The notes: generated by a model from the sequence alone, not told the origin. A DNA stretch of 64,000 nt from Octopus vulgaris (GCA_951406725.2 OX597815.1:110422001-110486000); one strand, 5' to 3'; shown: positions 51,065 through 64,000, numbered from the stretch's first letter. Numbers and translations: made by a program.

Positions 51065-52055
51065 TACATTTATATATACACACATTTATATAAGGATGTG
51101 TGTATGTGTGCATCTGTGTATGTTATTACTATGTTAAAATTTTCGCCATTATCGCTGTTTATATATACACCATTGTTTTATTAGACCTTCTTATAAAAAT
51201 AGCAGCCATGCCTCTTTCAGTTAAACCGTTACAAACGTAGAAAGCCAATGATACTTTACATACCCTTTACATACGACACATTCTGTATTTAAAACAAAGT
51301 CAGTTCATTCACGTATAAACTCACTCCGTACATATATAATGTCACTAAGCATCATCAACAACCACCACAACAAACGTCCGCAAGACAACGAATGTGCTTC
51401 TGCAGAGCTGTATGACCTAGCACACGGCTCGGGAAAGCTTTTTAACCAAGTACGCCAAAATATATGTATTTATGCCGACGTTAACACCTTAATTTGCAAG
51501 GAAGGAAATCATAGATTCTTTGAATTCAAAAGGTTTGTTGGATCTATTTTATTGAATCTATTTATATGAATCTATTTACACGTCAAATACATTGGATAGA
51601 TGCAGTGTTTCTATAAAATAATTTTCTGCCGTAACAAGAAAGGCATTTTTATGTAATTTTACTTCTGTCTAATGAGTCCTCCTTACCCCCATCCTTGGGT
51701 TAATTTACCCCGGTTCGTCAGCCCCCGTTCTAGGAACATCAGCAAAATCCCCGACAAAACATAACCTATAATATTTACGTCATAGCATGAGGAATTATTA
51801 GATAAGGGGGTAGTCTACCATAAACAATTTGGAACCCCGTTTATCACAGGTCTTCGCGACCGCGGCTGACCTGCAGGTAGGCAACAACAAAAATGTTGTA
51901 AGAATCCTTCACAAACTCTTAATGAATTTCACAATTGTGTAGTGGGTGTTTGTGTGAATTTAGGTGTGGTATGCATGTCAAAGAATAAATTTGTTCATGC
52001 AAATGATTTAGACATATTGAGTTGACAGCATAAAAAAAAGACTGTTCATAGGTTG

Positions 52056-52130
<75 letters not shown>

Positions 52131-52242
52131 TTGTGTATGTGTGCGTGTGTGTGTGTGTATGTGTGTGTGTGCGAATATATATATATACATACATACATAC
52201 ATATCTATTTACTACAGCTACAACACGAGACACATATATATA

Positions 52243-52460
52243 TAGGGAGAGTTTACGAAAAAAACAAAAGACAAAGACAGGTGGTGTACAAAACAAACAA
52301 ATGTATTAGTATAACGCTCAGATTTAGAAAAAGTCTGTTACGTTTCGAGCCTACGCTCTTCTACAGAAAGGTACACAGAAAAAACAAGGAGAGAAACAAG
52401 GAGAGAAAAAATATGTGTAGTGGCTAACGATCTATCATGGTGACTAGTGCCGGACATATA
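52243..52460 (-). mobile_element. Penelope-type terminal fragment with hammerhead-like motif (CTGTAGA, A6U)
   Basis: cttt-CTGTAGA-agagcgtaggctc-GAAA-cg-TA-acag at 52335-52370. Confidence 0.65.
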
Positions 52461-52749
52461 TGAATGTATTTGTGAGTGTCTGTGTATAGTTTAGGTTAGT
52501 TAAAACATGTTTGCAATAAGTGTCGCGTGGTAGAAATAAATGCAATTACCAAACTCTCATTCATAAATCCATTAATTATTTCGTTCTTTTTCATTTCCAT
52601 TTGTACATTAAGGTTCTTTGAATATATACGATGTATTTTAAGGTTAAATAACTCCGTTTACGTTTGTGTAACTGAGATACTTTGGTTGGCTTATATAGTC
52701 ATTGGTGTTACATTACTTTCTATATTCTATAACTGTCACAATATACTTT

Positions 52750-52890
52750 TCTAGGCTTGAAAGTTTTGTGGGGAGGGGACCAGTTGATTAGATCAACCCC
52801 AGTACACAAGTGGTACTTAATTTATCGACCCCGAAAGGACGAAAGGCAAAGTCGACCTCGCAGAATTTTAACTGAGAACGTAAAGACAGA
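52750..52890 (-). mobile_element. SINE family A
   Basis: Core match. Confidence 0.8.
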
Positions 52891-53025
52891 CAGCCATAAT
52901 ATACAAACATTTCTCATGGCACCAGTACACTGTTTACAGATGCTTACATTTTTTGTTCTCCGTAAACTTTTCACTGGTCCAGCTAGTATATATGAATGTA
53001 TGTATATTGGCATGTGTGCATGTAG

Positions 53026-53056
<31 letters not shown>

Positions 53057-53088
53057 TGTATGTATGTATGTATGTATGTATGTATGTA

Positions 53089-53158
<70 letters not shown>

Positions 53159-53507
53159 CGTACATATAAAAACGATGACCACTACGTGGGCATCCATATG
53201 CTAGAAGTAGATCCGCTATGGTCTTACCACTAAGAAAAGAATGTTCTCAAGAAAATTTTAGCAAACGCCAGAACGTAAGCGAGCAAGACAAATGAAAAGA
53301 AACAAAATATAGATTAATCACAAACTAGTTTCGCTATTACCACTTACGTAATTTTCCGTAGCTCGTCAGTGTGATCGTCTTTGCAAATATAATTTGCAGA
53401 ACTATACACGGAGCATTCAATTTTTCGCCCTTATATATATGTATGTATATGTATATATATGTGTACGTATTTGTGCGTGTGTATGTATATATAGATATAT
53501 ATATATA

Positions 53508-53920
53508 TAGGCGCAGGAATGGCTGTGTGGTAAGTAGCTTGTTTACCAACCACATGGTTCCAGGTTCAGTCCCACTGCGTGGCACCTTGGGCAAGTGTCT
53601 TCTTCTATAGCCTCGGGCAGACCAATGCCTTGTGAGTGGATTTGGTAGACGGAAACTGAAAGAAGCCCGTCGTATATATGTATATATATATATATATATG
53701 CGTGTGTGTGTTTGTGTGTCTGTTTGTCCCCCTAGCATTGCTTGACAACCGATGCTGGTGTGTTTATGTCCCCGTTACTTAGCGGTTCGGCAAAAGAGAC
53801 CGATAGAATAAGTACTGGGCTTACAAAAGAATAAGTCCCGGGGTCGAGTTGCTCGATTAAAGACGGTGCTCCAGCATGGCCGCAGTCAAATGACTGAAAC
53901 AAGTAAAAGAGTAAAAGAGT
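53508..53920 (+). mobile_element. SINE family B, full-length reference copy
   Basis: tRNA-like head (TGGCTGTGTGGTAAG; GGTTCAGTCCC), internal microsatellite, CR1-like 3' hairpin, (AAAAGAGT)n tail. Confidence 0.9.
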
Positions 53921-53949
53921 ACATATATATATATATACACGTCGATTTT

Positions 53950-54720
53950 CTCCGCCACTTTTTCTGAGAGAGTCGTTGGAGCAGAGTCCTAAGGCGCTAT
54001 CGGGTCTTGTCAGAGGCAGCCGTCATTATACTTCCCACCTGTATTCCCAAGCTTGACCTACTAAGATTATGGTTATTATCCAAACATCTCAATCTTTGTC
54101 TGACTTTAGTTTCATGCCGGTTTGCCCATTAAGACTCTGACCTGTGACTCTTGCAATATTCTAATCATCTGTAAGCAGTACAGGAGATATGACCTCTATT
54201 TGCGGAGGAGGGGCTCGGCCTGGAGAGACCTCTTAATCTCTAAGATACACACTCTTTCGAGTAAGGTTACTCCAGGAACGATTGAGGAACCCCATTTTGG
54301 CCGTTTATACTCGAGGATCGTACTCTTTTGATCATTCCCCAAACTTTATAACTTTAGGTGAAGATAAGAACGAAAACCGAAGTGAAGATTGTAAGGTTGG
54401 TATTTGATCCACTTCTGTGGATCAGATACTGAAAGTAGATCACTACTGTGCCATCACCTGCATTCTATCATCTAATTATGCCTCCTGTCTCACCTCATCG
54501 CGGAATTCAACCGCAATATACTTAAACTTCTACACTTGCCGAAATGCAGAATGTGTTGCTAAGATTTTCATGAGAATATCTGCGCGTCAGTTTATGCAGC
54601 ATTTATTCTCATCCATTGGAGCACTCGGCAGCGAAGCTATTCAGTTCATGCTTGAGATGACATTCAGAAGAGCTTAGCAGACCGATCAAAAACCCATCCA
54701 TTGTGATACCACTTTTACAA
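53950..54720 (-). mobile_element. Decayed RTE-1/Expander-type LINE 3' part
   Basis: KFKYIAVEF..E.RQEA, IFTSVFVLIFT, AKMGFL, LQAEPLLRK and SSLGIQV remnants. Confidence 0.75.
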
Positions 54721-54738
54721 TGCTTAGTATATATATAA

Positions 54739-55775
54739 TCTATATACAAAAGGCAATTTCTTGGTACATATACCAGAGAATCAATCTTCATGAAACTTTG
54801 CACAATATGTTAAACTAACATCCAGTTTAATTATAGGCTAATTGGATTTCAATAAAAATCGTCAATGGGCTCCATACGGGGGCTGGGATATTATATAAAA
54901 TGAGAAGGGTGCAAAAAGTATTAGGTTGAGAGAAATGTAGTAGTATAATGAGGGTGGCTGATTTTAAGAAAGGGGAGGAAACAAGAAGAGACAGAGAGAC
55001 AGGGAATGTGTGTGTTTGTGTGTATGTTTGTGTGTATGTGTGTGTGTGAGAGAGAGAGGAACAGAGTGGGAGAGAGAGAATGTGTTTACTGAAGAGAACA
55101 GCGAATTTTAATACTTTGCTCTTTAATTTTTACCTATCACTTAACGCATACGCTTTAGTGAATTAACTATCGTATGATCAGTTAAAACTTTTACAATATG
55201 TCCAACAACAGATGTTAAACTAATAAATGAAAGTGCTTTTATATTTGTTTTCAAACTCCACATTAAGGATTATTAAAACTTTACCAACGTACTGAAACAA
55301 TAACACTATAGATAACGTCTTACATTTTCTTCCATAGATAAATAACCTGTCGTTGTCGGGCAATTTTACCAATAGAATGTCTTACATAAATTTTTGTTTA
55401 TTCCATGTTAGACCATGCTTTCACCGAGAGATAGACCTCTTGATCAGTACAGATTTGTGCAATTTTTCGCTATGATAATAATCAACCATCAATCATTTGT
55501 TTCATAGTCGCACATCGTCAATCCTCTCATCCTTCCAACCATCCATCAATTCAACTTTGATATTACCTTACCATTACAATCAATCAATTTTATGATTTAA
55601 TTTTATTACTTGCCAGCATTTGTAAATCTATCCCACGTCACCGTGTATTTGTAAATCTATTTGTAACTTAAACGGGAACCGAACAGGGAACGGGATAGGA
55701 CATGAAATAGTGTAAATGGGAACGGGAATTAGAAATAACCCCCTTTTTCCGGGTATTACCGGGTAATTCAGTTAG
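54739..55775 (+). mobile_element. Non-autonomous Helitron, possibly composite
   Basis: A|TCTATATACAAAA start; hairpin ccgggtattaccggg then TTAG|T; possible internal old 3' end at ~55345-55372. Confidence 0.65.
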
Positions 55776-55794
55776 TATATATATATATATATTC

Positions 55795-57530
55795 TTTTAT
55801 TTATTTATGTGTTTCAGCCTAAAGCCTTTGGCCATGCTGGAGAACCGCCTGTATTATCACCTTTTCAATGGTCAATCTTATGTGATCCGCTTTTGGATAT
55901 TGATGCCCTCTTTTGAATTTCTTGCTGTGATATAGATTTATCTGGGACCTTGGACAGCAGGAGATCCATGGAGATCGCGCAGATGTTTTTTTACAAGGTA
56001 TTAAATAGCTGTGTACCTTTGAATTCTAAGCTATTTCAGTACATGTTTCTCACTCTAGATGGGATTAGTGGGACTTTGGAACTCTGCAGTTACGTTCAGT
56101 TCGAGGGCTGGCATAACTCACAATGTCAAAGTTTGGTACCAACCTCTCTAGAATCTTCCATATGTACATCACGTACATAACGTATTCGCCCCAGGGAGTA
56201 GAGTCGTAGCTCAGCTATTCCATTGATGCAGATTTTCTGGTACAGCAACGCTGAACTGCCTCGAGTTCTGTTATTAATTTGACATTGTGGGTTGACACAC
56301 AGTTGAGGGCAGACGTCCAGACGGCTAGAATAAATCTCCTCCGTGGAACCAGAATAGTTTCCTGGTCCCTAGTTGTGGAAGTTCTCAGAATTCATCCGAC
56401 TATTCGTCTGTGCATTGTCACCACCTTAATGACATCTACATGAAATGAGGCGTTGTTGCTCCTATCAACCTCCAAATACGAATTAAACCTCTATAATTGC
56501 CACTTGTTTTTGACCAAAATATTTTTGTTGGGGCATCTTAGCACAAGCTGGCTCATAATAGTGGCTTGGAATTTTCCAGCATTAAATTGCATGTTGTATT
56601 CTTCAGTCCATTTATATATGGCATTTGAGTGTTTCTGTATAAGATAAGCTTCGAAAAGTTCCTCGACTCTTTGTACAAATTTTGTGTTGTGGGTATAGCT
56701 AGCAAATGTGAATGTCTGTTTAACTGATGGCATACCCGAAAGAGCTACCATAAACAACAGCGGCCCCAAGACAGATCTTTGAAGCACTCCACTCGCTATT
56801 ACCATCTCTTTGGTGAGGGTCTTTTTCACTGCTACAGCCTGGCTTCTCTCTTTTAAGAAGTCATTTAAACATTCTCCCAGTTTTCCGACCATACTGAGTC
56901 ACCTTAGATTGTGACACATCATCCCGTGATCAATCTTATCAAAGGCTTTTGCAAATCGAGATGTATCACATCCACGTTTGAGCGATTTATTGCTTATTTC
57001 AACACCCAGTCATAATGCTGCAAAAGCGGAAGCCTAGCTGGATGTCAGAGAGCAAGTTATTATTATCTTCTTGGAATGTAATCAGCTCCTTCTGACAATG
57101 CGTTCCATGACTTTGCTGACATGTGAGGTTAGGGAGACAAACCTATAATATTTAGCTTCCGCTATGACACTTTTTTTTTTCGATAGGATATATTATGCCT
57201 TCCTTTAACTTTCTGGGCAGTCTTCTGTTTGCAAGAAAGCTTTGGAAGAGGATCTACAGTGGCCTTGCTATAAATAGCTCCTTTGCATTTCTTTAGGGAG
57301 ATCGCTAGGAATACATCCGAGCCAGTGGCTGAGTTTAAGCTCATTTCATCAATGGTTGATATTACATCAGTTTCCTCTATTTCGATCAAATCAATAATAG
57401 TCTCTTTGTGTAGAGGTGTAGTGCCGAAGAACTTATCAGACATAGCTATTTGTAAGTGTCCCGACGGATTTGTGAAAACACTTTATTGCACATTCATTAT
57501 TTCACTTATTCTGTGATACCATCGAACGTT
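55795..57530 (-). mobile_element. Older CR1-type LINE, same lineage as 39893-42265
   Basis: GKLGECLNDFLKERSQ, SGVLQRSVLGPLLF, DFAKAFDKIDH, MQFNAGKFQ; 3' tail at 55811-55849. Confidence 0.9.
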
Positions 57531-57759
57531 CAAACCTATAGGTGTATGTGTGAGTGTGTGTATGCGTGTGTATTGATGGCTGGTTGACTGTGTATATTTT
57601 TGTACGTTTATATGTATGGATGTGTGTATGTATGTAAGTATTATATATTTGTGTGTATGTATGTATGTATGTATGTATGTATGTATGTATGTATGTATGT
57701 ATGTATGTATGTGTGTGTGTGTGTGTATGTATGTATGTGGATTCATGTACACACATACA

Positions 57760-58470
57760 CAGAAACCCAAAGTGTTCTTCTAATTTGCTAAAAATGCATA
57801 AGGTCGCTGTTTCATCTGTTGGACCTTTGATAGACAAAGACTACACTCTGTATTGTGGTACAAAAGAAATGGCTGAGATTTTGCAGGAGCAATCCTCTCC
57901 ATTTTTAGCAATCGCAAAATAGTTAATCCTGAGAGCATCGGTGAAACAAATCCCAAGCACACTCTTTCCAATATCTCATGTGGCGCCTTGGATATCAAAG
58001 TAACTATTAAAAAATATATATGTAACTCAGCATGTTCCCCTTTAGAGATCCGGACACAACTGGTAGTACTTTTCGTTATTTTCTGGAGGAAAACACTTGA
58101 CGCTGGTTATATTCCCGATAACAGTTTTCACAAAGGGCAACAAATCAGGTGCTGTGAATTACCGACCGACCTTCTTAGCATCTCATACCATCAAATTATT
58201 TGAGAAAGCGGTGTGGTCTCGTGTAACTCGCTTCCTGGGAAGTATCGATCTACTTATTCTCAACCGAGATGGTTTCCGCAATAACAGGGACTGCCTATCA
58301 CTGCGCCTGCATTACTTTGCTGACATCTTAAAGGTTCTGGGAGAAGGTGCCAAAGTAGATACCATCATGACTTCAGCAAGGCCTTCGACAAGGTTGACCA
58401 CAGGGTCCTATAGAAGAAACTATCCAACTTTGGTGTCCGAGGGAAACTCTGAATGTTTTCTGGTGATTGA
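57760..58470 (+). mobile_element. CR1-type LINE RT fragment, different subfamily
   Basis: RNPK..VGPLID, NYRPTFLASH, GFRNNRDCL, DFSKAFDKVDH. Confidence 0.85.
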
Positions 58471-59057
58471 GAAACAATCCTCTTACCATAAAGCCATGCC
58501 TGCGCTTATGAACAGATTTTATTAATAAACATACAGTTTAGTTTCATTATAGAAAGTAATTACGCAACTGTGTTTATGTCCATGTGAGCAAAAAAGGTAA
58601 GAAAATGATTACGTTGTGAGATATTCAACATAGAAAGAATAGCCATCTTTTGTCCACCAAAAGATTATTATCATCTAGTTATTTATTGTTACTACAAAAT
58701 CTGTTAGATCTAAACTAGTCTGTCTAATTTGCAGCCCCTGCGCTGACAATGTGGTTCCACACAGCCCCAACACTTGCTTTTTATTTGTTTATTTTTTTTA
58801 TAATGTATATCTGTTTTCTATAAACATATAATTTAGCCTCGATCTCGTTAGTAAACAATGTGGTTGTGCAACTTGCGCCGTATTGAAATTATGTGGAAAG
58901 CATGTACGTGCAATCTCTCTTCTCTCTCTCTCTCTTTCTCTTTCTCTCTCTCTCCCTCTCTCCCCTGTTTTTCCAAACACGCACATACATATACTTACAT
59001 ACATAAACACGCATACATAAATACATACATATACATATAATTATGTACTTATATATA

Positions 59058-59142
<85 letters not shown>

Positions 59143-59681
59143 TTACTAACATATATATGTGCATATATGTATGTGTATATATATATATATATACATACAT
59201 ATACGTATACATACACACACACACACAGACATATATATATATATATATGCGAGTGTGTGTGTGTGTGTGTTGTACAGAACTAAGCCACAAAAAAAAAAAA
59301 GGAAATTTAAAAATTCGTGACTATTAAAACAGAGGGGTAAAGAAAAAACACTATATAAAATATATAATCACAGTAAATAAATTTAATAAAGGATAATGTT
59401 GGAGGAGGGGGTCTGGTTTGTCGAGAAAGCCTGCTGTTCACCGGTTACCATGCCATCTGTGCCGGAAAAAAAAAATGGTATCAGCCCTGGCGCGTTTTTT
59501 ATCAGCCCAGCTGCTTCTATCAAGCAAGCCCCACATGTATATTATTCCTGAAGCCCGTTTTCATAACATCCATGAATGCAAACCACTATAGCCAAGATTA
59601 CCACAAGCTACCTCTAAGCATAACCACCAAAACTGCAACCGTTACCATAAGTTCGTCAGATCCATCACCGCCACCACCACC

Positions 59682-59713
<32 letters not shown>

Positions 59714-59899
59714 CAACAACAACAACTTCACCACTGCCGGAGCCGCCACCGCAATCACTACTGCCACTACCCACTACTTAGACAAGCACCGCCGCCAAAA
59801 CTACCCAAAATTACAACGTCGTTGTCAATATTACTGTTGAAACAATCATCGCGGGGAGACCATTTTGCATGTATATATGTATATATGTATGCATGCTTT

Positions 59900-59937
<38 letters not shown>

Positions 59938-60009
59938 CGCGCGTGCGTTTGTGCCTTTGTGTGTGTGTGTGCGTGTGCGTGTGTGCGTGCGTGTGTGTGT
60001 GTTTTCTCT

Positions 60010-60220
60010 CTTATTCGTTTCAATGTTAAGGGTACGGTCATGCTGGGGCACCGCCTTGAAGTTTTTTCAGTCGGATGAATTGACTCTGATAATTGATTTT
60101 CCAAAATTCTGGTACTTATTCTATACGACCCTTTTGTTGAACAGCTAATGTTACATCAGATGTAAACACACCAACAGCGGTTGTCAAGCGGTGGTGGGGA
60201 ACACACAGAAAGACACACAC
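60010..60220 (-). mobile_element. SINE family B, 3' part
   Basis: catgctggggcaccgcc ... ggttgtcaagcg. Confidence 0.75.
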
Positions 60221-60259
60221 TTAAATGTATGTGTGTGTGGGGGTTAGGTAATTAGTAAG

Positions 60260-60301
<42 letters not shown>

Positions 60302-60302
<1 letters not shown>

Positions 60303-60700
60303 AGGCGCAGGAGTGGCTGTGTGGTAAGTAGCTTGCTTACCAACCATATGGTTCCGGGTTCAGTCCCACTGCCTGGCCCCTTGGGCAAGTGTCACAAAGC
60401 CTTGTGAGTGGATTTGGTAGACGGAAACTGAAAGAAGCCCGTCGTTTATATGTATATGTATATTTATGTGTGTGTGTATTTGTGTGTCTGTGTTTGTTCT
60501 CCCCCCCCCCCCCAACATCGCTTGACAAACGATGTTGGTGTGTTTATGTCCCCGTGACTTACCGGTTTGGCAAAGACACCGATAAAATAAGTACTAGGCT
60601 TACAAAGAATAAGTCCTGGGGTCGATTTCCTCGAAAAAGGCGGTGCTCCAGCATGGCCGTAGTCAAATGACTGAAACAAATAAAAGAGTAAAAGAGTACT
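60302..60700 (+). mobile_element. SINE family B
   Basis: Near-full copy with small internal deletion. Confidence 0.9.
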
Positions 60701-60708
60701 ATATATAT

Positions 60709-60759
<51 letters not shown>

Positions 60760-61146
60760 CAAATGAAAAGAAGAAGACAAAGAAAATTCTTTAACACATC
60801 TTTAATGATTCGTTACAATTGATTCTGTACCAACTCTACTGGTAACGCCAGTTTACGTAAAACTTCAAATGAAAGTTTACGTAACGTTTGCACTTTTAGA
60901 TATTCGAGAAGCACTTCGTCAAACTTACATCAAAGCTATGTTGTCGCATTACGCGTCTTCCAGACCTTTTTTTTTTTTTTTTGTGGTGGTGGGCTTATGC
61001 CGTCAGAAAAAAAAAACAGGAAAAGATCAGTGAAAGGTTGAGTAATTGGGTGGGGAATTAAGAGGAATGATACACAAAAGAAGATGAAGGAAAAGGAGAA
61101 GGAGGAAGAGGAAAAACGAGAAGACGAAAGTGAAGGAGGAAGAGGG

Positions 61147-61232
61147 GAAGAAGAAGAAGAAGAAGAAGAAGAAGAAGAAGAAGAAGAAGAAGAAGAAGAA
61201 GAAGAAGAAGAAGAAGAAGAAGAAGAAGAAGA
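61147..61232. repeat. (GAA)n tract within a purine-rich run
   Basis: Direct reading. Confidence 0.95.
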
Positions 61233-61524
61233 ACATAGATAGCAAATCGATTTATCTTGGCGTATGCTTGTTGTCGGTCAATGCAAACAGTTCCACTGCT
61301 ACCGAAATTCGTCTGATGGGTGAAAATTTATTTCACCACCAGACGCTATTCACCGGCAACAATTCAAAGTGAAAAAAAAAGAACATTAAATAGATAAGTT
61401 AACAATTACTCATTAATCAATAAACTTGCTTGCGCAATAATGAAGATATTTATGATGTTGGTGGTGGAGGAGTAGAGTGGTCAGTGGTAGGGTAGCATAA
61501 ATTATTAATTTAGGAGAATTATAA

Positions 61525-62120
61525 ACTATGGGTTCTGAGAAATTTCCAATCTAGAGATGCCTACACCATCATCCTTCTCTACTCTACTTTGAATACTGTA
61601 TCCAATTGTGGTTCCCCATACGGAACAACTTATGAAAGTAGAAGCATTCCAGTGGTCAATAACAAAAAAGATAGACGGCATGAAAGGCATTAATTTTTGG
61701 GATCAACTAAAACATTCAATCTCTAGTCTCTCCAACACCGCCGGGAGCGCTACATCATTTGTGTTATGTGGAAAATATTCCATAAATAATGCACAAATGA
61801 TGTTGGCATCAATTTTAAAATCCATCCAAGACTTGGTTCCCGTGCTATCCGCTCACTACAAAAATCGAACTCGGTACACATAGCAACATTACATCACAAT
61901 TACTTTACCTCAACCGGCCCAAATCTCTGTAATACCTTACCAAAATATGTCAAAACGGAAACGGATCCCATAAAATTGAAATGTTCACTGGACAAATTTC
62001 TTCAAAAAATCCCGGACCAACTTCCTACACCTGGATATATCTCCAACAATAATAACTATGGTGCTATTAAGTTAGATATGGCTTGGGCCTATAATGGCCG
62101 CAACCTATCAAAGTTATAAC
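61525..62120 (+). mobile_element. CR1-type LINE 3' part
   Basis: WVLRNFQSRD, EYCIQLW, SLQHRRERY, LDKFLQKIPDQ. Confidence 0.85.
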
Positions 62121-62242
62121 ATGTATAGTTAAATAAACTGTAAAGACGGAGAAATACTTAGTGATGCATAGGTATACATACACCCATACACAAACACGCA
62201 TACATGCACCCACGAACACCCCCTCACACACACACACACATA

Positions 62243-62770
62243 CAGGGTATCCCAAAAGTCAATGATGGTTTCAATTTTCAATAACTTCCTTAACTTTTCA
62301 AATAAATGCATAAAATTTTGGTACAATATAAAGGACACAATGGAAATTAATATGCATAAATCAAATTTTGCAACACCACCATATTACATATGAAAAATGA
62401 CATCGCTTAAATGGTAACCATTTTCAGCTTCGCACGCCTGTACTCTTTCCAAAACTTGCACTATAATACCCTCAAGAGTTTCAGGACCCACTTTTCTGAT
62501 TTCACTGTTGATGTTCTCCTTCAGTTGCACCAGTGTCTCCGGTTTGTTGACGTAAACCTTCCTTTTCAGGTATCCCAATAAGAAAAACTCCGCAAGTCTA
62601 GTCTGGGGAATGTGAAGGCCATTCAAAGTAGACCTCACGCATGGTTTCAGCAAGATGGGGCAACAGCTCATACCGCAAGAGAAACAATGCAGATGCTATG
62701 GCAGTGCTTTGGATAGAGAATAATCACCTGCTACGGCAATGTCACCTGGCCTTCACATTTCCCAGATTTG
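62243..62770 (-). mobile_element. Tc1/mariner rosa (DD41D) fragment with internal inversion
   Basis: TA|CAGGGTATCCCAAAAG end; minus strand FFLLGYLKRKVY; plus strand WFQQDGATAH...WPSHFPDL, consistent with D-41-D spacing. Confidence 0.8.
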
Positions 62771-62889
62771 TATATACATATACATAAACACATACATATA
62801 CATACGTCCATTTGTATCGCGCATGTATACATATATATGCTCATGAGGGAGAATGAGGGTGGGTGTAGTTAGGGTGAATATGATTAGGG

Positions 62890-63056
62890 TGATACGACGG
62901 GCTTCTTTCACTTTTTGCCTGTTACCACTTACAAGGATTTGGTCGGCCCGACGTTGGAGTAGAAGACTCTTGATCAAGCTGCCACACAATGGAACTGAAC
63001 CCGAAACCATGTGGTTGGGAAGCATACGTCTTACCACACAGCCACGCCTGCGCCTA
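62890..63056 (-). mobile_element. SINE family B head
   Basis: ccacacagccacgcctgcgcct. Confidence 0.85.
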
Positions 63057-63274
63057 AATATGCACACACACACACACACACACACACACTGACATACATA
63101 CACACACACACACACACATACACACACACACACACACATACACACACGCACTTACACATGCGAATATATATTGAAATGTGAGTGTAGGACAAAAGCTCCT
63201 CGGATAAAAACCCCATAATTAAAGTGTGAAAGAGGACAAAATCCTCTTGGTTATATCTTCCGGTTATATTTTCC

Positions 63275-63710
63275 TTTTTTTCATTTTTACTTGTTTCAGT
63301 TATTAGACTGTGGCCATGCAGTGGCCCCACCTTGAAGAATTTTTAGTCGAATGTATCGACGCCAGATGTTTTTTTCCATTTTACTCGCTGCAGTTATTAA
63401 ACTGCGACCATGCTGGCGTACCAAATTGAAAAATTTTTAGACGGCTGTATGGAACCAATATTATTATTTTTTTTTTAACCCTGGTTAAAAACACCTCTGT
63501 GATATATTTCGTTTTTCTTTATTTTCCTTTGCACTTCTCAAATCCCTAGACTGCAACCATGCTAGGGGACTAGCTTGAATAAGTCCTGGGGTCGATTTGC
63601 TCGACTAAAGGCGGTGCTCCAGTATGGCCGCAGTCAAATGACTGAAACATCACAAGGCTTTGGTCGGTCCGAGGCTATAGTAGAAGACACTTGCTCAAGG
63701 TGCCACGTAG
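63275..63710. mobile_element. Scrambled SINE family B fragments in both orientations
   Basis: Repeated tail motifs; plus-strand tail 63578-63648 fused to minus-strand head 63650-63710. Confidence 0.75.
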
Positions 63711-63774
63711 TGTGTATTATTATTTGATTGAACGCCACGCATCCATTCCCAAGTATATAAATATATCTATCAAT

Positions 63775-63886
<112 letters not shown>

Positions 63887-64000
63887 GGAAATCGATTTCA
63901 CCCTTGTGTACAAGTAAAAACTGAGATTGTGAGTCGTTTTGACAGCTATCTTTAGCATTCTGATGCGTGGCATCTTGGGCAAGTGTCTTCTACTATAGCC

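Noticed and set aside
51339-51569. 76-aa non-repetitive ORF as a host exon
   Set aside because: No recognisable domain and weak donor site
57160-58470. Back-to-back CR1 fragments as one inverted element
   Set aside because: They cover overlapping RT motifs and are clearly divergent, so they are separate insertions
59572-59781. Pro/Thr-rich ORF resembling a mucin or extensin
   Set aside because: Degenerate (CCA)/(CAA) trinucleotide repeat with no splice or domain support
61027-61372. Poly-Lys and poly-Phe ORFs
   Set aside because: (GAA)n tract

Overview
AT-rich, microsatellite-dense animal genomic DNA, most likely a coleoid cephalopod (Octopus). That assignment is my recognition of the tRNA-derived SINE families and is not database-checked. 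I found no convincing host protein-coding exon, so the window looks intronic or intergenic. Most ORFs in the track are translations of (TA)n, (CA)n, (CATA)n or (TAA)n repeats. The real coding signal is all transposon-derived. It includes a near-intact 5'-truncated CR1-type LINE ORF2 (39.9-42.3 kb) with older relatives, two R4/Dong-clade restriction-like-endonuclease LINEs, RTE remnants, a probable CRE-like remnant and Penelope GIY-YIG remnants. It also includes Tc1/mariner elements (mariner, maT/DD37D-like, rosa/DD41D), four non-autonomous Helitrons, MITEs and more than 25 SINE copies. Four observations stand out. (1) About 10 minimal hammerhead-ribozyme motifs sit in Penelope-type termini, including one intact copy, a G3-C8 swapped variant, two U4C variants and a palindrome carrying two copies. 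(2) An R4-clade LINE appears to target (CATA)n instead of Dong's (TAA)n. (3) A SINE and a LINE share a 3' hairpin with compensatory changes, and the same tail also occurs as a discrete ~45-nt mini-element. (4) Element families appear to partition among microsatellite types.
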